NCBI GenBank assembly: GCA_016295795.1
Contig: JAEDKN010000004.1
Location: 1 to 62,852 of the forward strand
DNA: 62,852 nucleotides
Direction of reading: 5' to 3'
Source of the DNA: Bacilli bacterium
Lineage (GTDB): Bacteria; Bacillota_I; Bacilli_A; RF39; UBA660
Part shown: positions 19,510 through 29,200 of the stretch, piece after piece
Layout of the letters: each line of letters starts with the position of its first letter
Position numbering within the stretch: the first letter of the stretch is position 1
Notes under the pieces: generated by a model
What the model was told of the DNA's origin: nothing
Databases searched by the model: none
What the model saw: the letters and a program-made list of their open reading frames with translations, nothing else
Made by a program: the position numbers and the translations under genes

Positions 19510-20616
19510 ATGAAAAAGGTTGTAATAGGAATGAGTGGGGGAGTAGATAGTAGTGTCGCAGCTATTTTATTGAAACAAGCAGGTTATGAAGTAATTGGAC
19601 TTTTTATGAGAAATTGGGACAGTTCTATTAATAATGATTTTTTAGGTAATCCAAATTTAAATAATAATATATGTCCTCAAGAGCAAGATTACAATGATGC
19701 AGTAGAAGTATGTAAAAAACTTGATATCGAACTTCATAGAATAGATTTTGTAAAAGAATACTGGGACAATGTTTTTAATTATTTTTTAGAAGAATTAAAA
19801 CTAGGTAGAACTCCTAATCCAGATATTATGTGCAACAAATATATAAAGTTTGATGCTTTTGTAAAAGAAGCGAAAAGATTAGGCGCAGATTACATTGCTA
19901 CTGGACACTATGCTAAAATTAAAGACGGCAAATTATATAAAAGTTTTGATACTAATAAAGACCAAACCTATTTCTTATCACAGTTATCAAAAGAACAATT
20001 AAGTAATGTATTATTTCCACTTGGTGATATTGACAAAACTAATGTTAGGAAGATTGCTTCAGAATATGGTCTTATTACTGCTAAGAAAAAAGATTCTACC
20101 GGGATTTGCTTTATTGGAGAGAGAAATTTTAAGGAATTCTTAAAAAATTATTTACCCAATATCCCCGGTGATATAGTAAATATAGAAACAAACGAAAAAA
20201 TTGGTAAACATATTGGACTTATGTATTATACAATTGGTCAAAGAAGAGGCCTAGATATAGGTGGTAATAACGAAAGATTATTTGTTGTAGGTAAAAATCT
20301 AGAAAATAATATTCTGTATGTAGCACTTGGTGAAGATAGTGAATATCTATATTCAGATAGTTGCATAGTAGATAATTTAAACTTTAATTGTGATATAAGG
20401 CCAACAAAATGTTGTGCAAAATTTAGATATCGTGCTAAAGATTATCCTGTAGAATTAGAATATTTAAATGATAAAGAAATACTTGTAAAGTACAATCACA
20501 TAAAATCTGTTACCCCTGGACAAGCATGTGTATTTTATCTAGAAGATCAATGCTTAGGTGGAGGAATCATAAAAGAGGTTAGAAAAGAAAATAAAAAATT
20601 ATGGTATCTATTATAA
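19510..20616 (+). CDS. mnmA: tRNA 2-thiouridine(34) synthase MnmA
   Basis: PP-loop 'GMSGGVDSS', 'NPDIMCN', 'ATGHYA', 'DQTYFL', 'DSTGICF'. ATG at 19510 after AAGGTGA. Confidence 0.95.
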   Translation: MKKVVIGMSGGVDSSVAAILLKQAGYEVIGLFMRNWDSSINNDFLGNPNLNNNICPQEQDYNDAVEVCKKLDIELHRIDFVKEYWDNVFNYFLEELKLGRTPNPDIMCNKYIKFDAFVKEAKRLGADYIATGHYAKIKDGKLYKSFDTNKDQTYFLSQLSKEQLSNVLFPLGDIDKTNVRKIASEYGLITAKKKDSTGICFIGERNFKEFLKNYLPNIPGDIVNIETNEKIGKHIGLMYYTIGQRRGLDIGGNNERLFVVGKNLENNILYVALGEDSEYLYSDSCIVDNLNFNCDIRPTKCCAKFRYRAKDYPVELEYLNDKEILVKYNHIKSVTPGQACVFYLEDQCLGGGIIKEVRKENKKLWYLL

Positions 20617-20749
20617 AAGGTAAAAGTTAATTATAACATTTATCTTTTTTTTTGTCTTATATTAGATATTAAAAAATATGTAAATTTACACTTGTTTTTT
20701 GTAAATGAAAGTGTTAAACTGAATATAGCATGAAAGGTAGGTAAGTGGT

Positions 20750-21517
20750 ATGAATAAATTAAATGTATTATTGAGTGATTTAGGAATTTCAAAAGTTAGA
20801 TTAGCCAAATATTTAGGTGTTTCCAGACAAATGTTATATAACTATTTAGCGTTGGACAAACTAAGTGATTGGCCTAAAGAAAAAGCCACAAGATTATTTA
20901 GTTTATTAAATATAACCTCAGAAAAGGAACTAGATAAAATTAAAATAGATGGAAACTATATAATCGAAGTTGAGGGAAGACTAAATGAAGGCGTAAAAGA
21001 TGTAACAGAAAGAGAAATCTTAACTGATTTAAAAGGATTTAATAAGAAAGAGCAAGAATTACTTACTGATATTATTAATTTATTAAAAGAAAAACTTGCT
21101 GAAGACAATACTAAGGATACATATAATGCTTTTGTTTATCTATATCATTATTTACAATCAATGGAAACAACAAAAGAATTAAAGTATATACTAGCATATA
21201 TGTCTAAAGCTATGGGATTTACTGATCCAAATGAATTTGTATTTAATCCAGATCAACAATTTATTTTTGAAAGTATTTTATTTTCTGGCATGACTATTTA
21301 CAACAACGGTACAGCTTCTAAAGTTAAACTTGCAGAGTCACACAGAAGATTCGTACAAGATATTGAACATAAAAATGAGGAAAAACTAAGTAGAACCCAA
21401 GAGTTAAATACTGCTAAAGTTCAAGCCTTAAGAGAATTAGGATATACAGAAATAAATGAGAATAATGCAAAAGAAGTTTTAGAAAAGATTGCTGAAATAC
21501 AATCTAGAAAAGTTTAA
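20750..21517 (+). CDS. Helix-turn-helix (XRE-like) domain protein with uncharacterised C-terminal region
   Basis: N-terminal 'LGISKVRLAKYLGVSRQMLYNYL' HTH. The remaining roughly 190 aa are helical with no recognised domain. Confidence 0.6.
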   Translation: MNKLNVLLSDLGISKVRLAKYLGVSRQMLYNYLALDKLSDWPKEKATRLFSLLNITSEKELDKIKIDGNYIIEVEGRLNEGVKDVTEREILTDLKGFNKKEQELLTDIINLLKEKLAEDNTKDTYNAFVYLYHYLQSMETTKELKYILAYMSKAMGFTDPNEFVFNPDQQFIFESILFSGMTIYNNGTASKVKLAESHRRFVQDIEHKNEEKLSRTQELNTAKVQALRELGYTEINENNAKEVLEKIAEIQSRKV

Positions 21518-21545
21518 AATTATTATTTTTTTAATAGAGTAGAGT

Positions 21546-21571
21546 AGTAGTAGAAGTATTACTACTTTTTT
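21546..21571 (+). terminator. Intrinsic terminator after the HTH gene
   Basis: agtagta-7 nt-tactact hairpin followed by T6. Confidence 0.55.
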
Positions 21572-21594
21572 ATTAGATAAAGAAAGGAATATTT

Positions 21595-21717
21595 ATGAAG
21601 ATAATAAAACTAATAATAAGAGAATTCTTAATCTTTCTGGGCATCATAAAAGAGGAAGAAATGAGTAGCGTTTCAAAAGAAAAAACTATGTATAAAAAAG
21701 AAAAAGTTAATGAGTGA
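21595..21717 (+). CDS. 40-aa ORF with hydrophobic N-terminus; possibly the detached N-terminal TM segment of the downstream DUF2726 gene
   Basis: ATG after an AAAGGA RBS. 'MKIIKLIIREFLIFLGII...'. Overlaps the next ORF by 8 nt (ATGAGTGA) in another frame. A-rich tract just upstream of the junction. Confidence 0.35.
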   Translation: MKIIKLIIREFLIFLGIIKEEEMSSVSKEKTMYKKEKVNE

Positions 21718-22081
21718 TTATGAATATAAATTTTATCTCATTTTAGAAGAATTAGAAAAATATAATTATAAAGTTATTCCTCAACTTAATTTGGCAACAG
21801 TAATAGAAAAAGTAAATAATAATAAATATTATAGCGAGTTGTTTAGAAATATCGATTTTGCAATATTTGATAATAAATTAAATGAATTATTGCTTTTGAT
21901 TGAAATTAATGATTCAACACATAATACTAAAAAAAGAAAAGCTAGAGATATTAAAGTTAAGAATATATGTGCAAATGCTGGTATTAATTTAATTACTTTT
22001 TATACAAAATATGCTAATGAGAAAGAATATGTTTTGAATAGAGTTCTTAAAATATTAGAGCTTAATAATAAAAAAGAATAG
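21710..22081 (+). CDS. DUF2726-like (restriction-endonuclease-fold) protein
   Basis: 'E..FY..L......Y.V.PQLNLA' then 'IDFAIFD...LLLIEINDSTHN...RD..V...C..AGINLITF' matches the DUF2726 / PD-(D/E)xK pattern. Confidence 0.65.
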   Translation: MSDYEYKFYLILEELEKYNYKVIPQLNLATVIEKVNNNKYYSELFRNIDFAIFDNKLNELLLLIEINDSTHNTKKRKARDIKVKNICANAGINLITFYTKYANEKEYVLNRVLKILELNNKKE

Positions 22082-22145
22082 ATATTATAAAAATATAAGT
22101 TTATAAAATATATCAATTATAATCATAAATTATGTTACTTATTCA

Positions 22146-22173
22146 ACTTCCGATAATTGATATTATGTTGCCT
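22146..22173. other. dif-like XerCD recombination site candidate
   Basis: ACTTCCGATAATTGATATTATGTTGCCT matches the B. subtilis dif (ACTTCCTAGAATATATATTATGTAAACT, from memory) at 21 of 28 positions, including ACTTCC and ATATTATGT. Lies at the point where gene orientation converges. Confidence 0.4.
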
Positions 22174-22540
22174 TTTAAAAATAAAAATCTTTTATTACAT
22201 ATAAATAAACAATATCCTCTATCATTTAATAACGTTATTTTCATTTGTTATTAATATACCTCTCCTATCTATTATTAATAACAAATTGCTATAAAGAAAG
22301 ATAATTGTATTTTAAGTATTATTAATTAATAGATCATTATAATTAATTTAATTTTTATATAATACTAATATATGTATATTACATTTTATGTTTTAAATGA
22401 AAGATATAATTATTGGTTACATTTATCTTGCATCGAGATGAATAATTATCTTACTTTTAAATTCTCGATGCAAAATATAATTTATAATTTTATGTATAAA
22501 TCTCCCCTTTTGAGGCAAAATTATAGTAGGAGGGGAATTT

Positions 22541-22768
22541 ATGAATAAAAATAAAGAAAACGAAAAAAATCAAAAGATTAAATGCGATGTTTCTAGCTGC
22601 GATTACAATAATTGTGATGATGAGTGCTGTACACTAGAGGAAATTAAAGTAAGCTGCAAGTGTGGAAGTGATGAAGCAACAGAAAAAAAAGAGACTATCT
22701 GTGATAGTTTTAAATGCAAATCTGATTGTGAAGAATTCGAAGACGATGAAGACACAGAAGAAGAGTAG
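22541..22768 (+). CDS. DUF1540 cysteine-rich small protein with acidic tail
   Basis: 'IKCDVSSCDYNNCDDECCTLEEIKVS' and 'ETICDSFKCKS' fit the DUF1540 pattern (C.V..C.yN....C.a..I.V ... tC.tF). GGAGGGG RBS. Confidence 0.7.
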   Translation: MNKNKENEKNQKIKCDVSSCDYNNCDDECCTLEEIKVSCKCGSDEATEKKETICDSFKCKSDCEEFEDDEDTEEE

Positions 22769-22793
22769 GAATCCCCTACTCTTTTTACATACC

Positions 22794-23966
22794 CTATTTT
22801 AATTTGTCCAAAAAGCTAGTACCAATTCCAGGATTTATTACTCCGAAATTATCAGCAATGGTTGCCCCAACGTCTGCTAATGTATTTAAAATATCAAGTT
22901 TAGATGGATTTTGAAGACATCTATTATAAACAATTACAGGTACGTTTTCCCTTGTATGGCTATTTGATAATGTAGGATCGTTTCCGTGATCTGCAGTTAT
23001 TATTAACAAATCATCATCGGCTAATTTATTTAAAATAAGTGGAATTTCAACATCTAATTCTTCAATACATCTAGCATATCCTTCGACATCTTTATTATGA
23101 CCATATAATTGGTCAAAGTCATTTAAGTTAATCATACATAAACCAGTAAAATTCTTCTCCATTATGTCCATCAATTTATTAATAGCTTCTGCATTATTAT
23201 TATTTGATTTAACAACTTTAGTTATTCCTTCGCTATTAAAAATATCATTTATTTTACCTATAGATATAACACTATAATTTTTATCTTTAAGAGAATTTAA
23301 AATACTACGAGATGGTGGATTTACGGAATATTCACACTTTTCATTAGTAAATCTATATTTACCATTTTTGCCAGTAAATGGCTTAGCAATAATTCGCGCT
23401 ATTTTCCAATCCTCTTTGCTTGTTAATTGCCTAATGATTCTACAATATTCGTTTAGCTTAGATATTGGAATAACATCTTCATGTGCTGCAATTTGCAAAG
23501 TGGAATTATATGAAGTAAATAGAATCAGCGAACCATATTCCATATGTCTATCACCAAGTTCTGCAAGAATATCTCTACCATCATTTGTAGTAACTTTATT
23601 TCCGATAATTCTTCTTTTTATAAGGGATTCTATCTTATCAATAAGTTCAGTAGGAAAACCTTTTTCAGTAAAAGTATGGAAAGGAACATAGTTTTCTATA
23701 CCAACCAATTCATAATGACCAACTAAGCTATCTTTACCCGCATTTTTAGGCCTTGCGATAGTATAATAAGCTTCTACATTCTCATTATCATTCATATTTA
23801 TCGTATCTAATATTCCTAACTTTTCTAGATTAGGAATAAACAATTTATAATTATCATTTATATTTTTTAATGTGTTTGCACCAGAATCCCCGTATTCTTT
23901 TGCATCTATCGCTTCCCCTACTCCTAAGGAATCCAAAACCATTAAAAAAATTCTTTTATATTTCAT
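22794..23966 (-). CDS. deoB: Phosphopentomutase
   Basis: 'IFLMVLDSLGVGE', 'GHYELVG', 'ITADHGNDPT', 390 aa. Confidence 0.95.
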   Translation of the reverse strand: MKYKRIFLMVLDSLGVGEAIDAKEYGDSGANTLKNINDNYKLFIPNLEKLGILDTINMNDNENVEAYYTIARPKNAGKDSLVGHYELVGIENYVPFHTFTEKGFPTELIDKIESLIKRRIIGNKVTTNDGRDILAELGDRHMEYGSLILFTSYNSTLQIAAHEDVIPISKLNEYCRIIRQLTSKEDWKIARIIAKPFTGKNGKYRFTNEKCEYSVNPPSRSILNSLKDKNYSVISIGKINDIFNSEGITKVVKSNNNNAEAINKLMDIMEKNFTGLCMINLNDFDQLYGHNKDVEGYARCIEELDVEIPLILNKLADDDLLIITADHGNDPTLSNSHTRENVPVIVYNRCLQNPSKLDILNTLADVGATIADNFGVINPGIGTSFLDKLK

Positions 23967-24876
23967 TATTACTATCTCCTTCTATACTACTTTTACTACT
24001 TCGTGGATGATATTTTTTGTAATCATTTTTTATTCTATTATTAGAAATATGTGTATATATTTTTGTTGTTGCAATATCACTATGACCTAACAACTCTTGT
24101 ATAGTTCTTAAATCAGCTCCATACTCTAACATATGTGTAGCAAAAGAATGTCTTAAAGTATGTGGCGAAACATCTACATTAATATTCTTTTCTTTTAAAA
24201 GCCTTTTTAATATCTTAAAGAAACTAAATCTGCTTAGACCACCACCTAAATTATTTAAAAAGAGATATTCAGACTTTTTATTTTTAGATAATTTAGGACG
24301 ATATTTCAGATATTCATTAATATAATATAATACATATTCTCCAATAGGAACTATTCTTTCTTTATTACCCTTTCCGACACATCTTATTATACAGTTTTCC
24401 AAATCAATATCAGAAAGTTTTAAGTTTAATAATTCACTTATTCTAAGTCCAGTTCCGTATAATAATTCTAACATAGCTTTATTACGATAGTCAAATGCGG
24501 TCTTACACTCAATATTAAGAAGTCTGTCCACCTCATCTACTGTCATGACTTTAGGAAGTGACTTTTTTGTTTTTGGCCTTTCTATCGTCTGTGAAACATC
24601 ATGTTTTATTATTCCTTTTTGAAATAGATAATTATGAAAGTTTTTAATAGTTGTTAATTTTCTAGCTATCGATGTTATAGTATATTCATTTTGCTTTAAA
24701 TATATTAAATAATTAGAAATATCTTCTTTTGTTATATCTTCAGCTTTAAAGACTTTTAAAGTTTCGAGATAATCACGATATTTTATCAAATCTTCGTGAT
24801 ATGAGTAAATTGTATTTTCCGTTAATCTTCTTTCAAATCTTACATAATTTATATAGTCTTCTATTTCATTATCCAT
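23956..24876 (-). CDS. xerD: Tyrosine recombinase XerD
   Basis: N-terminal SAM-like core-binding domain. Catalytic 'GLRISEL', 'HTLRHSFATHML', 'LGHSDIATTKIYTH'. xerD-deoB adjacency as in Bacillus. Confidence 0.85.
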   Translation of the reverse strand: MDNEIEDYINYVRFERRLTENTIYSYHEDLIKYRDYLETLKVFKAEDITKEDISNYLIYLKQNEYTITSIARKLTTIKNFHNYLFQKGIIKHDVSQTIERPKTKKSLPKVMTVDEVDRLLNIECKTAFDYRNKAMLELLYGTGLRISELLNLKLSDIDLENCIIRCVGKGNKERIVPIGEYVLYYINEYLKYRPKLSKNKKSEYLFLNNLGGGLSRFSFFKILKRLLKEKNINVDVSPHTLRHSFATHMLEYGADLRTIQELLGHSDIATTKIYTHISNNRIKNDYKKYHPRSSKSSIEGDSNNEI

Positions 24877-25007
24877 TATATCAACTCCATCAAATTAGTA
24901 AAAAATATTATCTAATCTAACAATGATTATTATATCATATTATTTTCCTATTTAATAGACGGATTATTTTTCATATGTTAAAATATATATGAGAAAAAGG
25001 TGATAAT

Positions 25008-26231
25008 ATGGAAAAACCATTGGCTTTAAAACTGGCACCAAAGTCATTGAAAGAAGTATATGGGCAACAGCATTTGGTAGGAAAAGATAAAGTGCTAACT
25101 AACATGGTTAAAAATAAAAAAATATTTTCTATGATTTTATATGGTAAACCTGGTATAGGAAAAACATCTATCGCAAATGCAATAGTAAATGAATTAGGAA
25201 TCAGATATAGATTTTTAAACGCTACAATTAACAATAAACATGACTTTGATGTAGTTGTAGAAGAAGCAAAAATGTATGATGGAATAGTACTAATAATGGA
25301 TGAAATACACAGACTAAATAAAGACAAACAAGACTTATTACTTCCACAACTTGAGAGTGGACTTATAACATTAATTGGAATGACAACATCTAATCCTTAT
25401 CATAAAATAAATCCAGCAATAAGGAGTAGATGCCAACTTTTTGAACTTAAAGATTTGACTACAAAAGATATAGTAAAAGCATTAAATCATGCAATTAAAA
25501 CAGAATATCTAAAAGGAATAACTATAAAAAGTGATGCAGTAGAATATATTGCCTCTTTAGCTGGAAACGACCTTAGATTTGCATATAATTTATTAGAGGT
25601 TGCCTACTCTACTAGCAAAGATAAAAACATAACAATTTCGCATATAAAAGAAATAAATAGTAAACCCGTATTTGTACACGATAAAAATGAAGATGGTCAT
25701 TATGATGTTTTAAGTGCATTTCAAAAGTCTATAAGGGGAAGCGATGTTGATGCCAGTCTTCATTATCTTGCAAGATTAATTACTGCAGGTGATTTGGATA
25801 GTATATATAGAAGAATGACTGTAATTGCATATGAAGATATAGGATTAGCCAATCCTTCTATTGGTCCTAAAGTTATGGCTGCAATTGAAGCTAGTGAATT
25901 AGTAGGTTTACCAGAAGCTAGAATTCCACTTGGTACAATAGTTGTTGAAATGGCACTCTCTCCAAAATCAAATACTGCCCATATTGCATTAGATAAAGCT
26001 TTAGAGGACGTAGAAACAGGTAGATCTGGAAGTGTCCCTGACAATATCAAAACATCTTCTACTACTTATAAATACCCTCACGATTATCCAAACAGCTATG
26101 TGGTCCAACAATATTTACCAGACAACTTAAAAAACAAAAAATATTATATTCCAAAAGACAAAGGATATGAAATAAACCTAAAAGAAGTATATAACAAATT
26201 AGAAAACATAAAAAAAACTACTTTAGATTAA
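25008..26231 (+). CDS. rarA: Replication-associated recombination protein A (RarA/MgsA AAA+ ATPase)
   Basis: 'LAPKSLKEVYGQQHLVG', Walker A 'GKPGIGKTS', Walker B 'LIMDEIHR', MgsA_C motifs 'HYDVLSAFQKSIRGSD' and 'YEDIGLANP'. Confidence 0.95.
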   Translation: MEKPLALKLAPKSLKEVYGQQHLVGKDKVLTNMVKNKKIFSMILYGKPGIGKTSIANAIVNELGIRYRFLNATINNKHDFDVVVEEAKMYDGIVLIMDEIHRLNKDKQDLLLPQLESGLITLIGMTTSNPYHKINPAIRSRCQLFELKDLTTKDIVKALNHAIKTEYLKGITIKSDAVEYIASLAGNDLRFAYNLLEVAYSTSKDKNITISHIKEINSKPVFVHDKNEDGHYDVLSAFQKSIRGSDVDASLHYLARLITAGDLDSIYRRMTVIAYEDIGLANPSIGPKVMAAIEASELVGLPEARIPLGTIVVEMALSPKSNTAHIALDKALEDVETGRSGSVPDNIKTSSTTYKYPHDYPNSYVVQQYLPDNLKNKKYYIPKDKGYEINLKEVYNKLENIKKTTLD

Positions 26232-26253
26232 TACTAAAGCAGTTTTTTTTATG

Positions 26254-29200
26254 TTAATTTTCTTGTTTTCTTCTAGAGATAGCTACTATTAACGCACCAG
26301 CTAGATATATAAGTGGAAGATAATTAGTTGAATTAATTCCAGTATTTGGTGGAGTTATATCTCCTTGTGGAACTGTTTCATAATAAACTCTTATTACATT
26401 ATCTTGTGAATCTTGAATTGTTAAAGGTGCATTATCACTAACAAACTTGTATCCTTCTGGAAGCTTATCTTTATAATTAGTTATAACTGTACCAAAAGTC
26501 ACATTTTCAAAATATTCAGTTTTACTACTGTCTATTTCTCCATCATAATAGTACTCTACTCTATAAGTAAGATCATCTTTTATAGAATATACAACATTAA
26601 TTACGTTTTCTCCATCGATTATTGTATATGGCATATCAGTTGCGATTATACCATCTTTATAACCATTTGGTCTAAATGCATTTACATCTATCTCATCAGC
26701 AGTTACTTGTTCTTCAAAAGTTTTTCCATCTATTGTAGAATTTCCTAATAGCTTACCATCTAAACTATCTTGATAGTAATTTACTGTATAAGATAAATCA
26801 GTTTTCTTTTCATAGTAGAATTTTACTACTTTATTTTCTTCATCTACTTTTACTTCTTGTGTAGATTCTCCAACTAATTTATATCCATATGGAGCAGTTT
26901 TTGCAGTCTCTGTATAAGTCTCTTCATATGTCTTTCCTGTTCTAACTTCAGAATCCAATAACTCTTTTTCTGTATCTTTTTCTAAATACTTAACTGTATA
27001 AGACATATCAGTTCTTTTTACATAACATACTGTTATTATATTTTCTCCATCAATTATTGTATATGGCATATCTGTTTCAATAGTACCATCTGTATATCCA
27101 AGAAGTGGTTTATATTTATTTTTACTTATCTTATCTTCAGTAATCTTATTACCAAAAGTTTGACCAGTTACAGTATTTTCACTATCATTAGATATTTTTT
27201 CTCCATCTTTATAATACTCAACTGTATAAGATAAATCATTTTTCTTAGAATATACAACATTGATTACGTTTTCTCCATCGATTATCACATATGGCATTTC
27301 AGTTACTATAACACCATCTTGATATCCTGATGTTGGTTTAAATTTGTTTGTTTCGATATTTTGTGGAAGAATTTGAGTTCCAAATATTTGTTTATCAAAC
27401 TCTTCGCTTCCTAGTAATTTACCATCAAGACTATCTTGGTAATAATTTACTGTATAACTTAAATCATCCTTTATAGAATATACAACGTTGATTACGTTTT
27501 CTCCATCGATTATTGTATATGGCATATCAGTTGCGATTATACCATCTTTATAACCATTTGGTCTAAATGCATTTACATCTATCTCATCAGCAGTTACTTG
27601 TTCTTCAAAAGTTTTTCCATCTATTGTAGAATTTCCTAATAGCTTACCATCTAAACTATCTTGATAGTAATTTACTGTATAAGATAAATCAGTTTTCTTT
27701 TCATAGTAGAATTTTACTACTTTATTTTCTTCATCTACTTTTACTTCTTGTGTAGATTCTCCAACTAATTTATATCCATATGGAGCAGTTTTTGCAGTCT
27801 CTGTATAAGTCTCTTCATATGTCTTTCCTGTTCTAACTTCAGAATCCAATAACTCTTTTTCTGTATCTTTTTCTAAATACTTAACTGTATAAGACATATC
27901 AGTTCTTTTTACATAACATACTGTTATTATATTTTCTCCATCAATTATTGTATATGGCATATCTGTTTCAATAGTACCATCTGTATATCCAAGAAGTGGT
28001 TTATATTTATTTTTACTTATCTTATCTTCAGTAATCTTATTACCAAAAGTTTGACCAGTTACAGTATTTTCACTATCATTAGATATTTTTTCTCCATCTT
28101 TATAATACTCAACTGTATAAGATAAATCATTTTTCTTAGAATATACAACATTGATTACGTTTTCTCCATCGATTATCACATATGGCATATCAGTTACTAT
28201 AACACCATCTTGATATCCTGTTGATGGTTTAAATTTGTTTATTTTTACATCGCTTGTAGCAATTTGAGTATCTTTTACAGCCTTACCTGTAACACTACCT
28301 AATTTAGTACCATCAAGACTATCTTGATAATAATTTATTGTATAATCATATTCTTGTTGAACCCAGTAAACTTCAGAACTATCTGTAATAGTCTTTGGCT
28401 CATCAGATTCATCATAAGATATACTTGCGATATCATTTGTTCTGTGCCATCCAGTTTCTAAATCTTTATCAATCTTAATTTTGAATGAAACTGTTGTACC
28501 TTCCTTAGTTAAAGTTCCAACGTCGAAAGATATTGTTTGTCCATTTACTGTTGCAGTATCTGGATCTGCGCTTCCTTCTACATAAGTAAATCCATCAGCG
28601 ATTACATCTGTAATAGTTGCATTTGTTGCAGCAGGAACAGACACTTCTATACTACCAGCAATATCAGAGAACTTTTGTGCAACATCTGCACCATTTGCAT
28701 CAGAATAATGATCTAGACTACTTGCAACTCCTTGTAGTAATGCTTTGGTTTCATTATTAGTATCATATCCTATTGTATATATTTCAATTCCTGTAGTATT
28801 TTTTGCGTGATTTGCTGCTGTTGTATGATTAACTGTTTCTCTTTCAGGATAACCATCACTTAGTATAACCATATATAATTTAGCATTAGGATTATCTTTT
28901 TTCTTAGCTTCTAACATTTGATCAGCTTTTTGTATTGCAGCTCCCAAATTTGTTAGACCATCTGGATCTGGATAGGTAACATCGTCAAAGTTTTTGTTAT
29001 AAAATACTCTTTTTTCTGTTACATCAGTTGAGAAAGTTAATAGTGCAAGTTGTGCATTAGGATATTTATCAAGTAATGTGTTAGCAAAAACTTTAGTACC
29101 TTTCACTGCTTCGGGGTATTTTATGTCTTCATATTCTTTACAAAGAAACAATCCCCATTTAACACAAACCTTATCTTCCATACTTCCAGAAGTATCAAGT

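Noticed and set aside
22150-22251. Possible 33-aa minus-strand ORF (MKITLLNDRGYCLFICNKRFLFLKGNIISIIGS) in the AT-rich spacer
   Set aside because: The only Shine-Dalgarno-like sequence (AGGAGAGG) is about 13 nt or more from the ATG. There is no promoter or terminator, and the composition is not protein-like.
23956-24876. Tyrosine recombinase as the integrase of a mobile element or prophage
   Set aside because: It has the XerD-type N- and C-terminal motifs, overlaps housekeeping deoB, and shows Bacillus-like synteny. No attachment-site repeats, phage genes or transposase genes flank it.
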